NCBI GenBank assembly: GCA_964019335.1
Contig: OZ025648.1
Span: forward strand, 434,001 to 498,000
From: Diplonema japonicum
Lineage: Eukaryota; Protista; Euglenozoa: Diplonemea
Direction: 5' to 3'
DNA: 64,000 nucleotides
The notes beneath the pieces were generated by a model that was given only the letters and a program-made list of their open reading frames with translations, did no database searches and had not been told where the DNA came from. Made by a program: the position numbers and the translations under genes. Shown in pieces: positions 47,501 to 61,049 of the stretch. How positions within the stretch are numbered: position 1 is the stretch's first letter; each line of letters opens with the position of its first letter.

Positions 47501-50500
47501 AGCTTTGAATCAGTCTCGGACAGCTTCTCTTGCACTTCCTGAAGCTTTGAATCAGTCTCGGATAGCTTCTCTTGTGCCTCCTGAAGCTTTGAATCAGTCC
47601 CGGACAGCTTCTCTTGTGCCTCCTGAAGTTCTTTCATGAGATCCTCATTGGTGCCGCCGATAGTGGTGAGCTCACTTTCGGTTGTTTCAAGTGCCTCCTT
47701 CATCTCTTCAAGGCTAGCTTGCAGTGCCTTCGAAGCCTCCTCGGATTCCTGAAGCTTTGCATCGATAGCAGACTGCTTCTCCTGTGATTCTTGAAGTTCT
47801 GCCTCCTTCGTGGCAATCGCTTCCTTCGCCTCGTCAAGGCTCGTTTGCAGTGCTTGAACTGCCTCAGAGAGCATTGCCTCAGTGTGGCTCGATTTCTCCT
47901 TCACCGCCTCCATAGCTTCATTCATGCTTGATGATGTCTTTTCAGCTTCTTCAAGAACTTGCTCAAGCTCTTCTTCCCTCTCAGCGATCGCCGTCTTCAG
48001 TGTCACGCACTCGTCTGCAAGGTTGCTGTGTGCTTCTCTTGCAGAGATCAATTCACCGTCCTTGGCAACAAGGGCCTCCTTCGTCTCGTCAAGAGCGGTC
48101 TGCAGGGCTTCTCCTGCTTGTTGCAGCTCAGTGACTTGCATCCCAAGCTCCTCCTCTCGCGCAGCAAGTGTTGCCTTCACACTGTCACGCTCTTCTGCGA
48201 GGTCCTCGTTAGAGCTACCGATGGTGGTGAGTTCAGTTTCCTTCAAAGATAGTGCCTCCTGAAGTGCCCTCGATGCTTCTTCTGATTCCTGAAGTTGAGC
48301 ATCAGTCGCAGCCTGTTTCTTCTGTGCTTCTTGAAGTTCCGTGGTGAGTGCCTCGTGCGCCTCTTTGAGGTTCGTCTGCAGTGCTTCAACTGCACGGATT
48401 GCATTCTGCAGCTCCTCCACCTGTTCCTGTGTCTCCTTGAGCTCCTGCTCCTTCTCCCTTCCCTGCTCTTGAAGTGCCTTAACTTGTTCTTCTGTGGTGT
48501 GCAGTTTTTCAGCAAGCTCGCCCTGCGTTGATTCGGCAGTGCTTCGTGCAGAGTCTAGGTTCTCCATCAGTCCCACGAGCGATTCCTCCTTCTCTTGCAG
48601 TGCTTTTGATGTCTGTTCCAGCGCTCTCTTCAGTGCAGCAAGTTCTTCCTCTTTGTTTTTAAGGGCCTCTTGAGCTATCTCCACCTCGCTGCAGACGCCT
48701 TCCAGCTTCTTTTCCACCTCAGCAAGCTTCTCCTCTGTCTGTCCGAGCTGCTGCTTGGTTTGATGAAGAGTTTGGCGCTCAGATTCCAGGTCCGTGAGTA
48801 GGGCTTCTTGTGAGTTGGAGAAGCCGTCCTGCACGGTCTTCAGGGTGTTCTTCAGCTTTGCGCACTGGCTGAGTGCGTCTTCTAACTTGTTCTTCGTGTT
48901 CTGGTGGGACTCTGCAGAGAGCTCAAGGTCAGATTTTGAGTTTTCGAGCTGCTGTGTAGTTGCACGGTTGTCGGTCTCCGCCTTGCTGAGCTCCAATTTG
49001 AGCTTGGAGTAGTCTTCTGTAAGCTGCAAATTGTCCTGCTTGGCTTGCTCTGTTGCCAGCTCAGCATTGCGCAACTCCTCCTCACCGACATTGCGCTTCT
49101 TGTTGAGTAAGTCCAACTCCAGGGCGTGCTTCTCATGCAGAGACTGCATTTCTGCCTCTTTCTCGTCGCCCGCAAGCTGCAGCTCAGCGAGCTGTTTCTT
49201 GGCATCTTCCTCGGCTTTCTTTGCTTTGCGCACTTCGCGCTCCTTGTTACGGGTGGCATCCAGGGCTTCCATCAGCTCGTTTTGCAAGGTGCGTAGCTCG
49301 GACTGATTGTTCTTTACGGAACCCTGCGCTGAAGTCTTTAGCCTGTTGAGCTCGGCTTTCACAGCCGCAAGATCCTCGCACGCTTCTTCATGGTCTTGGG
49401 TTGCTGTGTCCAGCTTCTCGTTTAGCAGTGCACGCTCGGTGGTCATCTTGAGGATGTCATTCCTGATCTCTGCGATGGTCTTGTTCGCTTCCTCCAGTTC
49501 CGCAAAGGCAGCGTCTTTGGATATGGCTAGTTCTTTGTCCTTGTCGTCAAGACTCTTTTGCATTTTCTGCAGCTTACCGTCCATCTCCTCCATTTCGGTG
49601 AGCAGTTCGTTCTTAGACGCATCGTGGGTCGCCTTCTCACGAGCACTCTCTCTCTCGTGCTTCCCTTCCTTTGCCTTCATCTCTCGCTTCAGATCAGCAA
49701 GGTCGTCCTCTTTGCTGCGAACATCCTTCCTTAGCTCTTCTGCTTTGGTGCTAACATCCTTCAGCTTGCCCTTCAACTCTTCAACGGCTTCCTTGAGGTC
49801 TTTGATCTCAGCCTCCTTCTCTGTCACGGTCTCCTCATGCTCTTCGTTTGCGTCCTTCAGGCTGCGCACCGCTTCAGCCAGAGAATTCTTGCACTGTGAC
49901 AGCTCGTCTGAGAGGTCCATCAGCTTCTGCGAATACTCCTCTGCTGCCGAGTCCCCTTCGTCTGAAAGCCTCTTTGTGTTGTTCTTCGCTGATTCCAACA
50001 ACTTCGTCGCTTTTTCCAGCTTCTTGGAAAGCTCGCGACTTTGCTCTGCCTCTTCTTTCTGGCTGTTCTCAAGGTTGCGGATTTTCTTCTCCAGCTTCTC
50101 GGACTCTTTCTGTGCTTTTTCTTTCTTTTTCTTCAGCTCGTTTGTAAGCTCAGCAATCTGGTCTGCTGCGTCTGTCCTTGTGCTGTGTACCTCCTCCTCA
50201 GAGTAACTCAAGGTCCTCGACAACAGTGCGACTCTCTCATCCCGCTCTGTGATGAGCTGCTCCAGCTCAGTGATGGCCGCACTCGACCTCCTCTCCATGT
50301 CGTAGATCTCCTGTTGCTTCGCGTCCAGCTGGTCGAGGAGCTCGTCCTGGTTTGCTGTGGCCTTCTGCTGCAGGGTCTGCAACTGCTCCTTTGTCAGCAC
50401 CAGGTCGTTCTCGGTCATGTCCAGCTCCTCCCGAACGCTGTCGTGCAGCTGCTTCTTCGACTGCAAATCGATCCCCGCCTTTGCGAGCTCGCTCCGCGCC

Positions 50501-53500
50501 ACCTCCAGCTCTTCGTTCTTCCCATGCAGCTCCTTTTCCATCAACACCGACAGCTCTTCCACCTTCGCTTCTGCCTTCTCGAGTTCTTCCTGCAGGTCAT
50601 CGCGCTCCTTCATCAGCTCCTTGTTCGCTTCCCCGACATTGGCAAGCTCCTCCACCTTCTCCGCGAGGGCTTCCTTCCCCACGGTAAGGTTAGCCTGCAA
50701 AGCCTCCTCGGATTCCTGAAGTTTCGCGTCGGTGGCAGACTGCTTCTCCTGTGATTCTTGAAGTTCTGCCTCCTTCGTGGCAATCGATTCTTTCGCCTCG
50801 TCAAGGCTCGTTTGCAGTGCTTGAACTGCCTCAGAGAGCTCTGTCTCGGTGCTGCTCGACCTCTCCTTCATTGCCTCCATGGCTGCTTCCAGACGAGCTA
50901 GCTTCCCCCCTGCTTCTTGAAGCTCTTGCGATTTGTCGTCATAAGCGGACTGCGCCGTGTTCCTCACAACTGTGAGCTCGGCCTCCTTGTCGATGAGAGC
51001 CGCCGTCACCTCGTCAAACCTGACTTGCAGTGCGCTGGTCGAATCGTTTGCTTTCTTCAACTCCTCACGAGTCTCCTCCTGTTCATTTGCTGCGACTTGA
51101 AGCTCCTCCTCTCTTGCCTCGAGCTCCTTCCCAGCTCGAGTCAGGTTCTTTCGCAAGGTTTCAACTTCCTTCTGGAACATCTCTCCGTCGTCTTTCGATT
51201 GCGAGCTCAGCAGTTCCAGATCACTCTGCGTCGCCTCATGCTCTTCTTTGGCCTTCTTCAGCGAGGTGCACGCCTCCGCCAGTTCTTCTTCCCTCAGCCC
51301 GATAGTCGTCTGCGACTCTTCAAGGCTTGTCTGAAGGTTCTTCGACACGGCGAGCGAGCGCTCCAGCTGCCCTTTCGTCTCCTGGAGCTCCGTCTCTGCA
51401 AGGTTCGTCTTTTCACCCGCCTCGCGCAGTGCTTCTTCGAACTCCCTCAGCTTCCCATCCTTGGCCTGTTCCGTCTCTGCACAGAGCTTCCTTGAGTCCT
51501 CAAGTTCACTTTGCAGGGATTCTTCTTTCGCACCAAGTTCTTTCAGCTCCTTCTCTTTCTTCATGATGCACTCATTTGAATCTTGAAGTTGTGCCTCTAG
51601 TTCCGATACTCTGGCAGCACTGCTCGCAGCAGTTGTTTCAACTTCCTGCAGCTCCATAGTTTTGGCCGAAAGCTCGCTGATGAGAACACCCGACCTGTCG
51701 TGAAGTTCACCTTCCTTCGAAGCAAGTGCCTCCTTCATCACGTCAAGACCGGCTTGCAGTGCCTTCAAGGCCTCTTCAGACTTCTGGAGTTTCTGCTCAG
51801 TTTCAGACTGCTTCTCCTGTGCCTCCTGAAGCTCTTTAATCAAACCTTCGTTGGTGACGTTGGCTGTGGCGAGTTTACTTGCGTTTGCACCAAATGCTTC
51901 TTTTGTCTCGTCGAGTGTTGCTTGCAGTGCCTTCAAAGCCTCCTCGGACTCCTGAAGGCTCGACTCAGTCTCGGACTGCTTCTCACGCACCTCCTGGAGT
52001 TCTGTCGCCTTCGTGGTTGTTGCCTCGTTGGCCTCGTCAAGGCTTGTTTGCAGTGCTTTCGCTGCAGCTTGCGCCTCTTGAAGCTCAGCGGCAATGGTGG
52101 TATTCTTTATCACTTCTTGCTCCAATGTACTTTCTTTGGTCTCCAGATCTTCGTACGTTGCACGGATTGCATTCTGCAACTCCTCCACCTGTTCCTGTGT
52201 CTCCTTGAGCTCCTGCTCCTTCTCCCTTCCCTGCTCTTGAAGTGCCTTAACTTGTTCTTCTGTGGTGTGCAGTTTTTCAGCAAGCTCGCCCTGCGTTGAT
52301 TCGGCAGTGCTTCGTGCAGAGTCTAGGTTCTCCATCAGTCCCACGAGCGATTCCTCCTTCTCTTGCAGTGCTTTTGATGTCTGTTCCAGCGTGTTATTCA
52401 GTGCAGCAAGCTCTTCTTCTTTGTTTTTAAGGGCCTCTTGAGCTGTCTCCACCTCGCTGCAGACGCCCTCTAGCTTCTTTTCCACCTCAGCAAGCTGCTC
52501 TTCCAGTGCTGTCACCCTCTGCCGTGATGATTCTACATCCGCCTGGCTTTGGACAAGTTCTTCGTTTTTGTTGTTCAGAGCTGTTTTCATCGAAGCAAGC
52601 TCAGCACGGACGCCCTCCAGTTCCTGTTGGGTTTTCTGGGTCTCCAATGCACCGCTCTTGCCCGACTCCGTAGCGGAGGCAAGGTCGCTGAGGGCATGCT
52701 GGTGATCGGCTGCCAGCTTGGTACTCTCCATAATTCGCTCACGCAGCTCGACCTTTAAGGAGTCACGTTGCTCAGCTGCCTCATTGCGCTCCATCGTGAT
52801 CTGCATGAGCTCCGCCTTCAGGTCGTCGCACTCAGCATGAGAAGCATCAAGGAGGGTCCTCGACTCCTCAGTAAGGGAGTCCACTTCCGCAACCTTCCCG
52901 TCGTAGGCATTCTGCAGTGCCATCAGGCTTTCCCCCTTCGCTTGCAGCTTATCTTCAAAATCGGCCAGGGCGTTTTCATGCTCCTTGTTCGTCTTCTCAA
53001 CCTCAGCAAGCTTCCCTTCGGTGGCCTCCATCTGCTCGTTCACTGTTGCGGCCTCTCCCGTGAGGGATGCTAGTTTCTGCGTCAGCTGTTCGATATCCTG
53101 CTGGGCTTTTGCGTTTGTGTCTTCCAGCTCCTTGACTTGTGCTTTGAAGGCATCGAGCTGCTGTGCTAGCTCTTCTATAGACTTCGCCGACTCACGTCCA
53201 TTCGCTAGCATCTCTTCTGTGAAGGCACTGGTGGTGGCCTCGGCTTCCTTCTGTACCTTCTCAAGCTCGTCATTTAGGTGGCCTAACGTGGCTCGCACCT
53301 TAGTAGTAGGGGAAGCTGCCTCTGGCAGTGTGGTCGCAACCCCTTCGAGCTCCGCCAGTGTGCGCCTCATGGTGTCCTCTGATGCTGCGCAGTGAGCGAT
53401 GGCCTTCTGCATGCATGCCCTGCAGGCGTCTGTGACACATGTCAACCACCCAGCAGAGAGGTCCTTGCGCAGGGAGCTCTCCTCGTGGAAGAGCTGGTTA

Positions 53501-55743
53501 AGTTCCTTCTCATTCTGCTGCTGTGCGATCTTCGCGGCAGTCTCACGCTGCCTTGTCTGCAGGTCGATTAGAATCTGCTTGTTGGCCTCAGACATGTTGC
53601 CAAGCCTGCTGATGTCCATGTCGTGGTAGCTCTTTAGGGACTCGAGAGCGAAGTCTGTTGCTGCGATTGTCGCGTTCAACTCAGCTGTCACCTCTCGCAG
53701 CTTGCGCATACTATCGTCTAAGTGCTGCTGTGTCTGCTTGATCCCTTCGTTCACGACCTCTGTGACAGGTTGGTGGTGTTCTGTGGCTTGTTTCACCACT
53801 AATGCAGAGAGTTTGTTTTCCAACCCGATGATGGTGCTGCTTGCGTTGCGGCACTGCTGCTCTGCTGCATCGGCACGTTCCTCCTCCTGCGTCTTGGTTT
53901 GCTCCGTTGCCATGAGCTCTGCTGTCAATGCCTTGATCTCGTTGTGCAGCTGTTGGACGACAGGGTCGGCGCTGTCGACGTGGATGTTGGGAACCACTGT
54001 CCGCTTCTGCGCTTCAACGACCTTGGCCTCTGCAAGCATCAACTCCTGCGTCCTGGAAACCAGCGCTTCAGATGCTTCTGAATGGAGTGCAACTGCCTCG
54101 CGCTCCGACTGCCTCGCGGCAGCAAGCTCCTCCACAGTGGCGATGGTAGACTCCTTCAGCCTCTCAAGCTCTGCGGCGGCCACTGATGTGTCGTATTTGG
54201 CAGCGTCGCGTTCCTCCTCAAGTTCCTTGATTTGCATGAGACGTTGCCTGCCTTTCTCCTGTGAAGCCAACAGCATGCCCCTCAGATCCACATCCTGCTT
54301 CTGCTCGGAGGAAGAGGCATTCAACAACTTCTTCCTTGACGACACGATCTCCTCAAGCATGCCGAACAGGCTGTCGTCCTTCGCACTGTCAGGGAACTCA
54401 ACACGCAGGGTGTCATCGATCTCAGACAGTTGCTTCTCGAGTTGCAAGATGCGTGCTGCCGCTTGCCCGATGTTGTCGTTTGATGCCGATAGCTGCTGGG
54501 TGTAGTCTTCGATGTCGCTGCGCAGCGTGCTGTTCTCCGACTTCAGGTTGTCGAGCTCTACACGGCTTTCCTCGGAAAGCGTGGCAGAGAAAGATGAAAG
54601 CGTCTTCTCGAGTGCGGCATTTTCAGTTTGTAGGGAGCGAAGCTTTTCATCTTGCGTGATGAGAAGGGCTTCTAGCTCGTTGTTTGTTTTTTGTTGCGAG
54701 GAGTCGGTGGGCGTTGCTTCGAGGACGCGAGTGGCAACCTCCTCTCGAAGGATGCGAACTGTGGACTGCTCCTGTTCAAAGCTGCGGAGGAGGTCGATTT
54801 TTTCCATCTCTTGCTGTTTGATAACGGCTTCAAGACGAGTGATCTCGGCGGCGGCTTTCTCGCTGGACAGCGCATGCTCCGACTTAAGGTTGGTGACCGT
54901 TTGCTGAGCGATTGCAAGACCCTCTTGGTACTGCCGTTCACGGTTTTGAAGCGCTTTCTTCTGTGTAGAATACTCGGTGACCTGTTTTTCGTGGTCGTAC
55001 TTAGTCACCACGTCGCTCAGCTGCATGGAATACTTGTGCTCTACCTCGGCGATTAAGTGTGAGATGGACGTTTCCTTCTGTTGCATCTCACGTTCGTGCT
55101 TCATGGTGAGGTCTTGGATCTGCTGTTCGAACCCCTTTCGGATCTCCATAACTGACTCGTCGACCTCGTGTCGCGTTACAGCAGATCTCGATGTCTTCAC
55201 AATGGACTCCTCAGACAAGAATTTCTCCCAGCGTTTGTATGTTTCCCTTGACTCGGTGCAGAATATTACAACTTGGGATTTTCTGTCGCGCATAGTGGCC
55301 TTACCCCATGCGTCGGTGCCTTGTCTGTCTGTGCCGCCGGGTTCTTTTACAAGTTCTAAGCCGAAGTACCAGTATTTCATGGGTTTTGATTGGGTGTTGT
55401 GGTAATGGCTGCGGGTGTGTTCCGGCGGTGTTGGGTTCTCGTGGACGAACCAAAAAAGCTTCACGATAAGCTTGAAATCAATGTCCCCCAGAAGCTTCGA
55501 GTGGTCCCTGCTGTAGCTGCTGTACACTGACAAGCGTCTTGTTTCGTAGTTCACGGCCACCCAGGCTTTCTTCCGGTTTACTCCAAAGGGACCGCCGATT
55601 GACCACAGCTCTCCTGACAACTCTTCACCGTCGTTTTCGCTTTGGCTTAGTTTCATGCTTGTATACCGAGGTGCAAATACACTGCTCGGCATCCCTGTGG
55701 GATGCAGGGCCCCCTCATACTCCGGGGGCGGTGGTGTCGTCAT
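38563..55743 (-). CDS. Giant coiled-coil protein, 5704 aa, with PH-like N-terminus; exons 55743-40099, 40067-40014, 39978-38563
   Basis: The 5216-aa and 482-aa ORFs are joined by 31-nt and 35-nt GTATG...CAG introns around a 54-nt exon, all phase 0. E/K/L/A/Q heptad composition. N-terminus ends IFCTESRETYKRWEKFL, like a PH C-terminal helix. Confidence 0.88.
42700..52495 (-). repeat. Near-identical internal duplications in the giant gene
   Basis: Blocks of ~330-650 bp recur at offsets 1224 (43.6-44.3k vs 44.8-45.5k), 7488 (42.8-43.3k vs 50.3-50.8k), 4203 (46.9-47.4k vs 51.1-51.6k) and 3768 (48.4-48.7k vs 52.2-52.5k). A 42-bp LQEAQEKLSETDSK tandem unit lies at ~47490-47630. Confidence 0.9.
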
Positions 55744-56060
55744 TGTATTTTTTTTTTCTTCCCACCTCTCCCCCTTTTTTTTTGCGGTGTATGATGCAAA
55801 TAAAAAAAAATAGAGGGGGTAAGAACAAAGAGGAAAGGAGGGGGGAGGAGTAGAAAAAAAAAAGGTATTTTTTTGTTGTTTTTTGTTGTAGTTGTTTGCT
55901 GTTACATTCTAAAAAAAAGGGGGGGGGGGGAAGGGGGGTAAAATGAAATAAAAAAAAGAAAAAAAGTCCTCTCTGCGGCAAGAGATTTACTAGGCAAAAA
56001 AAAGGGGGGGGGGAACTTGTTTTTTTTTCTTGAAATAATATACACATCTCTCTCCTTTCT

Positions 56061-56218
56061 CTAAAATGCATCATCATCATCAACATCATCGTCGTCGTCA
56101 CCGTCATCCGCAGCTGAGAATTCGTCTTCATAAGTTTGCTTTTGAATATTGTCATCGTCATCCTCATCGTCATCCTCATAAGAGGACATGTCATCATCAG
56201 AGTCAATTGTTGATTGAA

Positions 56219-56252
<34 letters not shown>

Positions 56253-56907
56253 ATACCACCCTTCCGTCCTCTTCCACCTGGTGCTGGATGAATGTACCCT
56301 GATCGGGAGTTTTTTCTTCTGGGTCTTTTTCACCTGGGGCCGACACGACAAACCCATCTTGAGACTCAGAAGCTGACAGCGCGCCCTGGTTATCCGCGTA
56401 AGATACAGAACTACTTACAGACCCTTCAGAACAACCTTCTTCGCTTTTTGGTGGGGACGGTGGAGCAGTTTGTGCAATCGGAGGTGCAACGGAAGGGGTT
56501 TGTGAGGAGCTGGCAAGTTTGATCCAATCTTCGATAATGTTGCTTAAAAGCGACCCTGATCGTGCTCCTCCTGTGACACGTTTTAACGCGTCTTCGGGGA
56601 TGTCCAGCTGGACACTTTCATTGTCCATTCCAGCTTCGCCTTTCAGCAGCGATAAGCTGTAGTCTAAGTTTCGGTTTTTTAAGAAATCGGCGACAACAGC
56701 GTAGCCGCGTCTTTCTTCTTTTTTCTCCTTTACTTCTTTTGTTTCCGTTGTTTCGGAATAAACCGGTCTGCCTTCGTCCAGGGTTTTGTTCCGCAGGATG
56801 CTAAGCACGCGTTCCCTCATGTGGGCCTTCATTTTCACCATGGACCCGTCCTTCACCAGGGCTTCGCGAAGGCTGGTTTTTAGCTCCATTGTGCTGTCTT
56901 GGCTCAT
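56061..56907 (-). CDS. FOP/FOPNL-like LisH basal-body protein with acidic tail, 269 aa; exons 56907-56257, 56219-56061
   Basis: ELKTSLREALVKDGSMVKMKAHMRERVL resembles the FOP N-terminus. LisH-like VVADFLKNRNLDYSLSLLKGEAG. A 37-nt intron joins the Asp-rich tail. Confidence 0.75.
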
Positions 56908-58473
56908 TTTTTTTTTTTTTTTTTCCAAACCCGTCCCCCCACCACTCCGCGTCACCTACCTTGGGAGGGTTTCCCCCCCCCCCCCCCCCCCGATTGACAG
57001 GAAGAACAAAAAAAAAAAAAAAGAAGAAACAAAAGTAGCGCATGTGTTGAGCACGAGTGTCGAAGGGGGAAAAAAAAAAAAAGAAGAAAAAGAGAGAAAG
57101 ACGGGGTTTTTTCCTTTTCTTTTTCTTTTTCTTGTTTTTTTTTTTGTTTTTGTTTTCTTTTTTTTTTTTTTTTTTTTTTTCCCGTCCACAATCTAAGGGA
57201 AGGAGGGGGGAAAAAAAAAGAAGAAGAAGAACAAACGAGAGAAAAAAAAAAGGGAAGGTGTTTTGGATAATTTTTTTTTTTTTAGTGTATTTGTGTTGAG
57301 AGAAAGAAGAAGAAAAAAAATAATAAAAAAAATAATCTTTTTTTTGTTGTTCTTTCATTTCCCTCTTCTTCAGCAAATTAAAAAAAATTGAAGCAAAAGA
57401 AGGAGGGATGGGAAAGGATATAAAGGGGAAAAAAAAAAAAAAAGAAAAAAAAATTGGAAGTTTTGCACTGACAAATTCCTCCTGGACGCCCAAAATGCTC
57501 CTTCAGTGGTCACAAAGAATATCCGGAAGACTTCTTTTTTTTCGGATAAAATAAAAATCCACGACCGCTCCCAAAAGTGGTAAATGAGTATCACTCTGAC
57601 TGGATCCTGGCTTAGTTATGCATAAAGATAAGGCACTTGACACAGACTCTTAAATACCAGGAAGAAAAAAAAAGGGGGGGGGGGAAATCAAAACACGTTA
57701 ACTCACCCTTTAGGTGTTATGAAAACACTTTTAGAAATACGGGCCGCAAGAAAATGGGGGGGGGGGGGAAACTATTCTTTTTTTAAAGGCATGTGGTTTT
57801 TCATTCACCTACTGGTAAAAAAAGAAGAAGAAAAAAAAGAAAAGGTAATTGTTGAAAGGGGAGAAAAAAAAAAAAAAACAAAAAAAAGAGGAACTGGCCG
57901 TTGTTTGTACGTGCCGGGTTAAACATTTTTTTTATTCTTTTTGCAGGAACGAGTCTTTGACTTGTCTAAACAAAAGGGGAACGTTGGCAACGTGTTTACA
58001 AACAACAACAACAAAAAAAAGGGGGGGAACAAATAATTTTAGAGAATCAAAAAAAAAAATCTTTTTTTTTTCTTACAATCTACAGGGGCCGGATAAAAGA
58101 GTTGACGATTGTTATTTGTACAACCCGGATGAACCTGGCGAAGGTTTAATCAACACTCTACACAGGCTGTTACCTACTCTTTTTTCAAAAGACAATTGTT
58201 GTTAAAGCAAATAAAATTTTGATCTCTAAAAATATTCTTTCCCTAAAATAAATACCTGAGCACCCCCTCATGAACTATGAATCGTTCCACAGCAAAAGGG
58301 GGCTACACCCCCCCCCCCCTTTTTTTTAAATTATTTTAGTTTTTGCGAATTTTCGTTGAGTGTTTCTCTCCCCTTTCCTTTCTTTCTTGTTCTTTTTTTT
58401 TTGTTTTTTTCACTCCTTGTTTTTTCTTCTTCTTTTTTTTTCTTTTTTTCCAAGGACGGGGGTAAATAAATAT

Positions 58474-58635
58474 GAGTTAAAGGAGGCCGGTGTTGGCGGC
58501 GCCCTGCTTTTTTTTTAATAAATAAAATCGTTTTCTTTTTCCTTTTTTTTTTTCTTTTTTTTTTTTTGGTTGCGGTTTTCCTGTAGGTTGTATTTTTTTT
58601 CTCTTTTTTCTTAATGCCCCTCGCAAGAAGGGGAG

Positions 58636-58674
<39 letters not shown>

Positions 58675-59137
58675 AGTGCTAAAAAACGAGCGGCCAACAT
58701 TAGACAAGCATTTTTATTTTCCCCCCTTTCTTTCCTCTGCACACCCTCCAAGCAATTACTTAACTTTCGTCCTGCTGGTTATGCCAACAGGACTTACTTT
58801 ATCTTTCCTCAGATTGCTGTGCCCCTGTTGTTTCGCCCCAGTTTAGCATATTCTTTTTTTTTTCCCCTTTCCCTACTGCTGTAAATAACTACAAAGATAG
58901 GTTTCCTGCCCCCTCTTGCGAGGGACAGAAAGAAAGGAACAAAAAAAGAAAAAAAAAAAAAAAAAAAGAAAGACATAACAAAACAGAAACAGAATAATAA
59001 TAATAATAAAAAAATAAAAATAAAAAAAACACACACAAGCCTACTTTGTTAGCGATTCAAGCAAGAAAAAGAAAAAGAAAAAAAGGGGGAAAAAAAGTTA
59101 TAAGAGTTAAAGGAGGCCGGTGTTGGCGGCGCCCTGC
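58474..59137 (+). repeat. Exact 34-bp direct repeat at 58474-58507 and 59104-59137
   Basis: gagttaaaggaggccggtgttggcggcgccctgc occurs twice. Confidence 0.9.
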
Positions 59138-59354
59138 ACAAGAACTGTCTACTTGATTACAGGTGGCGCATCTCGGCCGAGTTGTAGCTTCTTCTGCGTT
59201 CCGCGTCGTGTCCTTAATGTACAGCTCAACCCAAGCCGGGGTGTCCCGGGTAACCACCCGGGCGCCACCGGTGATGACCGACGAAGATGTCAACAGCGAA
59301 CAACACATCTGATGTATTTCTTATATTTTCATGTTATCCCCTCCCCACCACCTG

Positions 59355-59402
<48 letters not shown>

Positions 59403-59843
59403 ACCCCATGAGTTCAAGAGGTCCTTTCAAGACACCCCCTCTTCTCATATAATTTTTCCAAAAAAAAAAAAAAGAAATGCGACCAGCAAAACCGATATTA
59501 TTGCAATGCCGCACAAGGAGCGGGATAGGAAACTGATTCCCTTCTTCTTCTTTTTCTTCTTGTGGTGGCATCCAGCACTTGCGCGAGATGACACAGGCAG
59601 AAGGGGAGTGAGAAGGGATTAGATTGGGGGGGGGGGGGGGGGGGGGCACTTTTCCTTACATATAAAAAAAAGAGTGCAGGGGTTTGGAAAAGGGGGTTTG
59701 GGGGGGTAGGAGAGAAGGGGGGGTATGAACCACCAGATCCGTTTGAAGCAGACTTTTAGATAAGAGGCGGGAGAGAGAGAGAGAGGGAAGGAGAAAGAGC
59801 AAAGGAAGGGGGGTGAAGGAAGGGGGATAAAAGGTTCGTCGGG

Positions 59844-59878
<35 letters not shown>

Positions 59879-60093
59879 GCCCCGACACCAAACCCCCAAG
59901 GCTCCACACGAGTTGAAGGAAATATTTAAAAAAAAAAAAAGAAAAAAAAAAAACACTCCGTTACTCTTGGTTTTCCTCTTTTTTTTTTTTTTTTTAAATA
60001 GTAGTTAGAAGGGGGAGGGGAAAATGAAACTTGGAAAAAACTAACCAAACCATAAATCATAGGCCCTTGTTCTTTTTTCTTCTTCTTTTTTTT

Positions 60094-60274
60094 TTATTAC
60101 CGGGTTTGCGATTATTGTGTACTGCGAAAAGTCTTGTGATCGGCACAAGTTGCATCTGGTAATAAAATCATTTTTTGAAAAGTTAATTATTGTTGTAACA
60201 AAAAAAAAGGGGGGTACATAATTTTCGCAGTAACAACATAATAAGTGTGGTACGTAATTATTCTACGCCCGGTA
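60094..60274. repeat. Degenerate foldback element
   Basis: taccggg/cccggta ends, attattgtgtactgcgaaaa versus ttttcgcagtaacaacataat, and an internal cttgtg/cacaag hairpin. Confidence 0.45.
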
Positions 60275-60774
60275 TTTTTTTCTCTTCTTTGAAAGAAAAA
60301 AAAAAAAGAAAAAAAAAAAGAAGAGTCTTGCTCATTCTGTGTCTGAAGGACCACTTCCTTCTTGCATCAGGGTTTAAAAAAAAAAAAAAGAACATAATAA
60401 TAGGCAAGTTATTCTTGTTTGTGCGCAACAGGTTGAAAGTCTTTTTCAAAAAGAAAAAGAAAAAAAAAAAAAACCTAAAAAAGAGATTACTTGTTAACAT
60501 TAAACACGAACCTACATTTTTTCTTCATCAAAAGGTGTCCTTGTACTCAGCTTTACAATCCGCCCACCTGTCTTCGGTTATAAACGTAAGGCCTAAATCA
60601 AGCGCTGCCCTCCTCAATTATTTTCAGCCTTCTTTCAGAGTGTTGTGAAAGAAGTAATTGAGAGAGTGGGGGGGGGGGTTTTAAAACAAAACACGCCCTT
60701 CGGGTTTATAAAAAAAGAAATAAATATATATATGGGCAATTCCTCGGTATTTCTCATCAATAATCTCCTCCCAT

Positions 60775-61049
60775 GGGGCTATGTTGGCAAGGAAACGCGT
60801 TTCTAAGCTTTTTTTTTTGAAACTAGCCCCCCCCCCCCCCCCCCCCCGGGGGGGGCTATGCTGGCATGGAAACGTGTTTCCATGCATTTTTTGAAAAAAA
60901 GGGAAACGGAAACGGAAACGGAAACGTTTCCTTATGTTTCCTTAAGAAGGAAGCCGTTTCCATAAGAATTTTGAAAAGTATGGAAACGGAAACGGGAACG
61001 GAAACGTTTCCACGTTTCCTGCCAGCATAGCCCCCCCCCCGGGGGGGGG
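60775..61049. mobile_element. MITE with ~28-bp terminal inverted repeats (60848-61040) and GGAAAC sub-repeats, preceded by an internally deleted copy (60775-60830)
   Basis: GGGGCTATGCTGGCA(T)GGAAACGTG versus CACGTTTCCTGCCAGCATAGCCCC. The short copy is bounded by GGGGCTA/TAGCCCC. Confidence 0.8.

Noticed and set aside
58120-58160. Hammerhead-like CGGATGA-stem, also CGAAACACGT at 11333 and CTGAGGAG at 34382
   Set aside because: No site has both CUGANGA and GAAA in the right arrangement.
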